Positions 25,494-32,000 of a DNA stretch of 32,000 nucleotides are shown one piece after another. The stretch covers positions 660,001-692,000 of the forward strand of contig NC_014833.1 of assembly GCF_000179635.2 (NCBI RefSeq), read 5' to 3'. This DNA is from Ruminococcus albus 7 = DSM 20455. GTDB lineage: Bacteria; Bacillota; Clostridia; Oscillospirales; Ruminococcaceae. The translations under genes and the position numbers were made by a program. The stretch's first letter is position 1. Every line of letters starts with the position of its first letter. The notes beneath the pieces are model-generated. The model worked only from the letters and a program-made list of their open reading frames with translations. It did no database searches and was not told the origin of the DNA.

Positions 25494-28400
25494 ATGGAAC
25501 AGCTAGTAACATTCAGCGCAGCCATGACAGCGCATATCAATTATGCCATGCAGCAGAATGCTGTACCTGTCATACGCAGTATAATAATGACCAATATTTC
25601 GGACAGAAAACTCAAAAATGTATTTTTAAGACTTACCTTCGACCCTGATTTTGCTGAGGGGTATGAGTCTGCTGTTATAGACCTTGAACCTGATACCCCC
25701 GCTGAGATATCGCCTGTAGGGGCTGTTATGCGTCCGGAGGTCTTTCTTGCCATTGACGGGAACTCCGAGGGCTATGTACGCATAGAAGCTGTTACACTCA
25801 CAGATGAGGGTGAAGTCATTCTCGGCAGAGAGGTCAAAAAACTTGAACTGCTGGCAAGGGATACGTGGACAGGTGTGAACTTCATGCCTGAACTGGCTGC
25901 AGCGTTCATAACCCCTAATCATCCCGCGGTACGCGAGGTGCTGTCAAAGGCTTCGGCGATAATGGCAAAGCAGGGAGGAGAGCCTTCGTTCACAGGATAT
26001 CTGACACGTAATCCGAATATCGTCAGACAGCAGATAAATGCCATATATACGGCTATATCGAATGAGAACATCACCTGTATACAGCCTGCCTCAGGCTTTG
26101 ATAAGGTACAGAAAGTCACCATGCCGAATGAGGTGCTTTCAGGAAGAAGCGGTACATCCCTTGATCTTGCACTGCTGTTCTGTTCGTGCTTTGAAGCCGC
26201 AGGTCTTAACAGTCTGCTCGTTATGACTTCCAACCATGCTATAGCGGGGTGCTGGCTTGAAGAGGATTCTTTTCCCGACAGCCTGCAGTACGATATGACC
26301 GCACTTACAAAGCGTATGGCAAACGGTGTGGATGAGATATCACTTATCGAATGTACGGATATTTGTACAGAAAATGATGGTGAGGCATCAGCTGTGCACG
26401 CAGCTGATGTCCTGGCAAAGGCGGCTGATTTCTGTTTTGCCATAGATGTGAGCCGTACCCGCAGCAGCGGTATAAAGCCGGTACCTTCATTTGAACCCGA
26501 CGGGAACGGTGGGTTCAGGATCGTGGATCACGGTCTGCCTGAAAGGCGTGATACTCCTGCTGACGGTGTTTCACCGGATAATATCCCTGATGTCGGCAGT
26601 CCGCGGGAGATAACCAAGCAGATGGTCTGGGAGAGAAAGCTCCTTGACCTCAGCCTGCGCAACAGCCTGCTTAACTTCCGCCCCACCTCATCGAATGTGC
26701 AGCTTATGGTGAATGATCTCGCATCACTTGAAGACGAGATAGCTGCAGATGAAACTTTCAGGATAATGCCTGTCCCCTCTGATCTCAAAATGGAGATGGA
26801 CGAGAATAAGATATATGAAACAGATACTCAGCGCGAGAAGATATCTGAGATAGCAGCGGGAGAATTCCGCTCAAAGCGCCTGCGCACCTTTATGACCGAA
26901 GCCGAACTTGAAAAGACCATGAAGAAACTGCACCGTATGGCAAAGGTCAGCATGGAAGAAAATGGTGCAAACACTGTGTATCTTGCACTCGGTTTCCTGC
27001 GCTGGTATGAAACCGACAAGAGCGAGCGTCCGCGCTATGCGCCCCTTGTTCTGGTACCTGTGGATATCATCAAAAAGGTTCAGGACAAGAGTTTCTCCAT
27101 ACGCGTCCGCGATGAGGATACCCAGGTAAATATTACTTTGCTGGAAATGCTCAGGCAGTCCTTCGGCATAGATATAAAAGGTCTTGACCCTGTCCCGGTG
27201 GATGAGAGCGGTGTGGATATCCCTCAGATATTCAGCATTGTACGCAAGGGCGTTATGTCCCGAAGCCGCTGGGACGTTGACGAATACGCATTTATCGGAC
27301 AGTTCAGCTTCAACAGGTTTATAATGTGGAACGATATCCGCAACCGTGCAGATGAACTGGCACAGAACAAAGTTGTTGCAAGCCTTATCTCGGGAAGAAC
27401 AGAATGGGAGGGCAGAGATATCACCGTTTCGCCCAATGATCTTGATGAGATAGCCCCATCGGATATGGCAGTGCCTGTTGCGGCAGACTCATCTCAGCTT
27501 GCAGCGGTGGTAGCATCAGGTCAGGGTCAGAGCTTCGTTCTCCACGGTCCTCCCGGCACAGGCAAGTCCCAGACCATAACCAATATGATAGCCAACGCTC
27601 TCTATCACGGACGAACTGTCCTGTTCGTAGCGGAGAAGATGGCTGCGCTGTCGGTGGTTGAAAAAAGGCTGGCAAAGATAGGTCTCGGACCTTTCTGTAT
27701 AGAACTGCATTCCAATAAATCCCAGAAGCGTGCTGTTCTTGATCAGCTGAATGAAACGCTCAACGTTGGCAAGATCAAAAAGCCCGAAGATTATCAGGCT
27801 CAGGCGGATAAGCTGAAAGCTCTCCGTGCAGAGCTGAATGGTACCATGGACGAGATACATAAAGTACGCAATTACGGGATCTCCATGTACGATGCAGCTG
27901 TGCGCTACGAACAGAACAGAGCATTTGACGGCAGGATGTCGTTCACGGATGCCCAGATAAGCGCCATGACCTCCGATACCTATACTGTATGGAAAGAACT
28001 GGCAGAAAGCCTTGCCAACCTCGGCGGACAGTTCGGTGAGATAGGCGATACTCCCCTCAGATACTGCCGCCTTACTGAGTGCGGCATATCCACAGCGGAT
28101 GATTTCCGCACAAAGCTTACAGAACTTGATACTGAACTCACAAAGCTGGAACAGGGCGGCGTTTCAGCCCTTGCGGGCATAGATGAACCAACCTTTGAAC
28201 AGCTGATGAGCCTTATGGATATATGTGCTGCTGTCGGGAATGACGAGGGATTCGTTCTGCCTGCAGTGCTTACAGGCAATAAATGGGATATGTCAAGACC
28301 CGCGATAGAAAAGACTATGGCTTCGCTGAACAGCCTGCAAAGCTGTAAAGCGGAGATATCTGAAATATTCGAGGATGCCGTTTTCGGTTACGATGCCGCA

Positions 28401-31241
28401 AAGGCACAGACCGAGTGGAAGACGGTACAGGCTAAATGGTTCATACCCAAGTATTTCGGCAGCAAAAAACTGGTAAGGGAACTTGCGGTTTACGCAAAGA
28501 AAGCTGATGCTGTCACCAAAGAGAATATCACCGATTATTATACCAAGCTGATAAACGCATCACAGCTTAAAGCCGAAATCGAAAACGGTCAGACGGCTTC
28601 GCAGGAGATATTCGGTGCACTATGGCAGGGTGAGGGTACGCAGTATAACACACTATCAGCCTCACTTAATAAGTCCCTGAACGTGCGTGCTAAGCTCGAT
28701 TCAGCTCCCCTTGATGCAGAACAGAAAGCTTCTGTTGCTGCAAAACTCGGTGCAGGTGAACTTCCTGCATACAAAAAAGACAGTCTGGCAAAAGTACTGG
28801 ATGAACTTGAAAAGAACTACAAAACAGACACCATGAGCCTTGCTAATGGTACTCTGAACGATGCACGCGGACGTATCTCCGCACTTATTGCAGAACTTCA
28901 CCGCCTGAAAGATTGGTCTGTCATAATGAGTTTCATTGATAAGCTGGAAAAAGCAGATGCCGCCAATATAGCGAAAGCTTATCTGGGCGGAAAAACGGAC
29001 AGCAGCGAGCTTATCCCTGCTTTTGACTGCGCAGTGGCAAAAGCCGAAGTCAGCCTCACTGTAAGAAACAGCAAAGCGCTGACCGCATTCACAGGCACGT
29101 TGTTTGAAGATACTGTACGCCGCCTTAATGATGCCCATGAAAGCTTCAAAAAGCTGACTATACAGCAGCTGGCGGCAGAGCTTTCTGCAAAAGTACCTGC
29201 GCCCGGTGACGGAGCAAAAAGCAGTGAGCTTGGCATTCTTCAGCGTGCTATCAAGAGCGGCGGCAGGATGATGAGCATACGAAAACTCTTTGACAGCATA
29301 CCGAATCTGCTGCGAAGGATATGCCCCGTCATGCTCATGTCACCTATCTCAGTGGCGCAGTATATCGACCCTTCATATCCCAAGTTCGACCTTGTTATAT
29401 TCGATGAGGCTTCTCAGCTGCCCACCTGCGAAGCTGTAGGCGCTATTGCACGCGGTGAGAACGTCATAGTTGTAGGTGACCCCAAGCAGATGCCGCCTAC
29501 CAGCTTTTTCTCCTCAAATCAGGTGGACGAGGAAAACTACGATAAGGAAGACCTTGAAAGTGTGCTGGACGACTGTCTGGCTCTCTCCATGCCCCAGAAG
29601 CATCTGCTGTGGCACTACCGTTCCCGTCACGAGAGCCTTATTGCGTACAGCAATTCAAAGTATTACGAAAACAAGCTTTATACTTTCCCCTCGCCTGACG
29701 ATCAGATAAGCGAGGTGAGCTGGGTGAACGTTGAGGGCTTCTATGACAAGGGAAGCACCAAGACAAACCGCGCCGAAGCGGAAGCTGTTACAGCCGAGAT
29801 ATGCCGACGTCTGCGAGATCCTCAGCTGATAAAGCATTCCATAGGTGTGGTAACTTTCAGTCTGCCTCAGCAGAATCTGGTGGAGGATGTCCTGGCAGAC
29901 GCTTTCCGCGCAGAACCACAGCTTGAAGAACTGGCAAATTCCATGTATGAACCTATACTCATCAAGAACCTGGAAAATGTTCAGGGCGATGAGCGTGATG
30001 TTATACTATTTTCTATCGGCTACGGTCCGGATAAGGAAGGCAAAGTCAGCATGAACTTCGGTCCTCTCAACCGTGACGGCGGCTGGAGAAGACTCAACGT
30101 TGCCATATCCCGTGCAAGAGAGAAAATGATAGTATACTCTGTTATACGTCCCGAGATGATAGACCTGTCCCGAACCCGTTCCGAGGGCGTTGACGGTCTT
30201 AAAGGCTTTCTTGAATTCGCTGCAAAGGGAAGGGCGGCACTTCCTGTGCGTGCAGGCAGCGGAAGTCTTGGTACGGGCTTTGAAAAGCTCGTTGCAGCCG
30301 AACTTGAACAGCGGGGCTACAGGGTGAAGTGCAGCGTGGGCTGCTCCGATTATAAAGTAGATGTAGCAGTAGCAGATCCCGAGGACGAAAATACCTATAT
30401 CATCGGCATCAACTGCTGCGGAAGAAAATACTATGAGAACGGTACTGCCTATGACCGTACAATATCTCAGCCCGGTGTGCTGAAAGGTCTTGGCTGGAAC
30501 GTTGTGAGCGTTTATATACTCGACTGGCTCACGGATAAAAACAAGTGTATGACCTCTATAATAAACGCGATAAATGAAGCTATAGAAGCTAAGAACGCTC
30601 CTGCTCCCGCTGAAGAAGAGCCTCCCAAAAAGGCTGAGCCGCTGCAGTTTGAGCGCGAAGAGGTTTCCTCACTTGCCGATGAATGCGCTGAATATGTTCC
30701 GTTCATACCGCCTGTTCAGGGCAAGTCTGAGGACTTCAACGAGCTTGCCTCCGATAAGATAGCAGCCTGCATAGATACCGTCCTTGAAGCCGAAGCTCCG
30801 ATCAGCAGGGAAGTGCTTCAGAAGCGCATACTGACAGCCTGGGGCGTGGCAAGGCAGAGCAATCTCACTAAAGCAGCATTTGATATAGCTCTTGTTAAAT
30901 CAAACGGAAAGTCTGTGGTTTCGGGTGATAACGAATTTATATGGCGCCGTGATCAGGATCCTGCTGCCTATGATATCTGCAGGGCAAAGTGCGATCACGA
31001 TTCACGACGTGATATCAAGGATATCCCACCCGAAGAGCTTGGCAGCGGTATCATACTTATACTGTCAAGACAGATAGCTATGCAGCGTGATGATCTTCTG
31101 CGTGAAACTGCTCATCTGTTTGGCTTTACAAGGGTGACTCCTGCACTGGAGGTCGCAGTATCTCTTGGAATAAAGGCGGCAAAGCAGCGTGGCAGGTTAG
31201 CTTTTGCCGAGGATGGTAAGGTGACTTATGTTGAAGAATAA
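25494..31241 (+). CDS. 1,915-aa DUF4011-type Upf1-like SF1 helicase with an N-terminal transglutaminase-like region, a degenerate restriction-endonuclease-like fold and a DUF3320-like C-terminus
   Basis: DUF4011-like block VWERKLLDLSLRNSLLNFRP from aa 378, plus NTVYLALGFLRWYE and YAPLVLVPV. Walker A GPPGTGKS (aa 685-692, nt 27546-27569). Walker B VIFDEASQ (aa 1301-1308, nt 29394-29417). Motif III VVGDPKQMPP. Motif V VQGDERDVILFS. Motif VI RRLNVAISRAREK (around aa 1532). Nuclease-like fold from aa ~1596 to ~1690. C-terminal ISREVLQKRILTAWGV. Confidence 0.9.
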   Translation: MEQLVTFSAAMTAHINYAMQQNAVPVIRSIIMTNISDRKLKNVFLRLTFDPDFAEGYESAVIDLEPDTPAEISPVGAVMRPEVFLAIDGNSEGYVRIEAVTLTDEGEVILGREVKKLELLARDTWTGVNFMPELAAAFITPNHPAVREVLSKASAIMAKQGGEPSFTGYLTRNPNIVRQQINAIYTAISNENITCIQPASGFDKVQKVTMPNEVLSGRSGTSLDLALLFCSCFEAAGLNSLLVMTSNHAIAGCWLEEDSFPDSLQYDMTALTKRMANGVDEISLIECTDICTENDGEASAVHAADVLAKAADFCFAIDVSRTRSSGIKPVPSFEPDGNGGFRIVDHGLPERRDTPADGVSPDNIPDVGSPREITKQMVWERKLLDLSLRNSLLNFRPTSSNVQLMVNDLASLEDEIAADETFRIMPVPSDLKMEMDENKIYETDTQREKISEIAAGEFRSKRLRTFMTEAELEKTMKKLHRMAKVSMEENGANTVYLALGFLRWYETDKSERPRYAPLVLVPVDIIKKVQDKSFSIRVRDEDTQVNITLLEMLRQSFGIDIKGLDPVPVDESGVDIPQIFSIVRKGVMSRSRWDVDEYAFIGQFSFNRFIMWNDIRNRADELAQNKVVASLISGRTEWEGRDITVSPNDLDEIAPSDMAVPVAADSSQLAAVVASGQGQSFVLHGPPGTGKSQTITNMIANALYHGRTVLFVAEKMAALSVVEKRLAKIGLGPFCIELHSNKSQKRAVLDQLNETLNVGKIKKPEDYQAQADKLKALRAELNGTMDEIHKVRNYGISMYDAAVRYEQNRAFDGRMSFTDAQISAMTSDTYTVWKELAESLANLGGQFGEIGDTPLRYCRLTECGISTADDFRTKLTELDTELTKLEQGGVSALAGIDEPTFEQLMSLMDICAAVGNDEGFVLPAVLTGNKWDMSRPAIEKTMASLNSLQSCKAEISEIFEDAVFGYDAAKAQTEWKTVQAKWFIPKYFGSKKLVRELAVYAKKADAVTKENITDYYTKLINASQLKAEIENGQTASQEIFGALWQGEGTQYNTLSASLNKSLNVRAKLDSAPLDAEQKASVAAKLGAGELPAYKKDSLAKVLDELEKNYKTDTMSLANGTLNDARGRISALIAELHRLKDWSVIMSFIDKLEKADAANIAKAYLGGKTDSSELIPAFDCAVAKAEVSLTVRNSKALTAFTGTLFEDTVRRLNDAHESFKKLTIQQLAAELSAKVPAPGDGAKSSELGILQRAIKSGGRMMSIRKLFDSIPNLLRRICPVMLMSPISVAQYIDPSYPKFDLVIFDEASQLPTCEAVGAIARGENVIVVGDPKQMPPTSFFSSNQVDEENYDKEDLESVLDDCLALSMPQKHLLWHYRSRHESLIAYSNSKYYENKLYTFPSPDDQISEVSWVNVEGFYDKGSTKTNRAEAEAVTAEICRRLRDPQLIKHSIGVVTFSLPQQNLVEDVLADAFRAEPQLEELANSMYEPILIKNLENVQGDERDVILFSIGYGPDKEGKVSMNFGPLNRDGGWRRLNVAISRAREKMIVYSVIRPEMIDLSRTRSEGVDGLKGFLEFAAKGRAALPVRAGSGSLGTGFEKLVAAELEQRGYRVKCSVGCSDYKVDVAVADPEDENTYIIGINCCGRKYYENGTAYDRTISQPGVLKGLGWNVVSVYILDWLTDKNKCMTSIINAINEAIEAKNAPAPAEEEPPKKAEPLQFEREEVSSLADECAEYVPFIPPVQGKSEDFNELASDKIAACIDTVLEAEAPISREVLQKRILTAWGVARQSNLTKAAFDIALVKSNGKSVVSGDNEFIWRRDQDPAAYDICRAKCDHDSRRDIKDIPPEELGSGIILILSRQIAMQRDDLLRETAHLFGFTRVTPALEVAVSLGIKAAKQRGRLAFAEDGKVTYVEE

Positions 31242-31710
31242 AGCATTGATAAAGCTGGGCGCGTTGCTGCTCCTGGCAGCTGCCATAAGAACGAAACTCT
31301 GCGTATACAGGGTTACTGGCAGCAGTATGGCACCCTCACTGCATGACGGTGATCTTGTGATATGTATGAGATCGCACCGCCCCGGAAAGGGCAGCATAGC
31401 GCTGCTTCACCGCGGCAGCAGCCTGATGATAAAACGTGTGATAGCTATAGGCGGAGAGCATCTGCGTATCGATGGCACAGGCAGGGTCTATGTGGATTCT
31501 GTCCTTTTGAAAGAACCATATCTGCGCGGAAGGCGCACACCTGATATACCGCTGTCACTAACTGTGCCGAATGGATGTGTATTCGTCATGGGCGATAACA
31601 GGGCTGACTCCGTTGACAGCCGTTCACCGCTGATAGGATTTCTTCATCACAGCCGTACATTTGCCGTTGCATTTGCTGTGCTTTCCCCGAAAGGGCTTGA
31701 TCTTCTGTGA
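31228..31710 (+). CDS. lepB: Signal peptidase I
   Basis: Catalytic Ser box GSSMAPSL. Lys box IKRVIAIGGE. GDNRADSVDSR box. N-terminal TM anchor. The ATG overlaps the helicase 3' end by 14 nt. Confidence 0.85.
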   Translation: MLKNKALIKLGALLLLAAAIRTKLCVYRVTGSSMAPSLHDGDLVICMRSHRPGKGSIALLHRGSSLMIKRVIAIGGEHLRIDGTGRVYVDSVLLKEPYLRGRRTPDIPLSLTVPNGCVFVMGDNRADSVDSRSPLIGFLHHSRTFAVAFAVLSPKGLDLL

Positions 31711-31764
31711 TATTTGATAAAAGGCAAAAAATGATTGCAAAATTATTAAACTTCTTCTAAAAGG

Positions 31765-31793
31765 TTGAATATCATATCTTTGTGTGCTATAAT
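31765..31793 (+). promoter_or_regulatory. Putative sigma-A promoter (extended -10) of the downstream binding-protein gene
   Basis: TTGAAT (31765-31770), a 17-nt spacer, then TGcTATAAT with the -10 at 31788-31793. Confidence 0.5.
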
Positions 31794-31828
31794 AGGCGAA
31801 GTAAAAAATATTGAAAGGAAATGGTCAA

Positions 31829-32000
31829 ATGAAGAAGATATTTGCGACAATGGCAGCGGTAGTTATTTCAGCAGCTGTGATGACAGCCTGCGGCGGTAAA
31901 GTTCCCGAGAATACAGTACATTCCATTGATGACCTTAACGGCAAGACGATAGGTGTGCAGCAGGGTACAACAGGTGATACTCTGGCAAGTGATATCGATG
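31829..32000 (+). CDS. Amino-acid ABC transporter substrate-binding lipoprotein (5' part only; runs off the window)
   Basis: Hand translation: MKKIFATMAAVVISAAVMTACGGKVPENTVHSIDDLNGKTIGVQQGTTGDTLASDID. It has the lipobox MTAC and the GxxIGVQxGTTG block typical of PBP3-type amino-acid binding proteins. AAAGGAAA RBS. Confidence 0.6.
   Translation, partial: MKKIFATMAAVVISAAVMTACGGKVPENTVHSIDDLNGKTIGVQQGTTGDTLASDID

Noticed and set aside
25541-29236. Multiple 60-174-aa minus-strand ORFs inside the helicase gene (e.g. 25919..26443 and 28701..29138)
   Set aside because: They are shadow ORFs within an uninterrupted 1,915-codon frame that carries ordered helicase motifs. None has a convincing start context.
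1-32000. Prophage, integrative element or genomic-island boundaries
   Set aside because: By eye I saw no integrase, recombinase or transposase genes, no tRNA genes and no long direct repeats flanking any block. Apart from the 20305..20952 ORF, composition looks uniform. This should be confirmed with windowed GC and k-mer statistics.

Overview
This window looks like a chromosomal segment from a Gram-positive Clostridia-type genome, possibly Ruminococcus/Oscillospiraceae. That placement is an inference from AGGAGG-type RBSs, TTG/GTG starts, lipobox lipoproteins, TTGACA-17-TATAAT promoters and gene content. I support 25 CDSs. They are: glmU; a putative YtrA-type GntR/ABC module preceded by two small lipoproteins; a sodium:solute symporter; a TetR-controlled GPH-transporter/alpha-galactosidase operon with a divergent GT-B-like gene; a VanY-like carboxypeptidase, a small membrane protein and an OmpR/HK two-component pair; an orphan ilvB; a ktrB-orf-ktrA potassium-uptake operon; a sugar-binding lipoprotein coupled to a GGDEF diguanylate cyclase; a 1,915-aa DUF4011-type Upf1-like SF1 helicase; lepB; and a partial amino-acid-binding lipoprotein. 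By eye I saw no rRNA, tRNA, CRISPR array, transposase or integrase. The best candidate for an undescribed system is the stand-alone giant helicase (25494..31241). It has its own consensus promoter, and both of its accessory enzyme-like folds appear to have substituted catalytic residues. Other leads are: a phased array of GTGTACT repeats that may be operators for the neighbouring YtrA-like regulator; a tet-like mirror-symmetric control region; an AT-rich unknown gene wedged inside the ktr operon; and the binding-protein/diguanylate-cyclase pair. All domain calls come from reading motifs in the translations. No database search was run.
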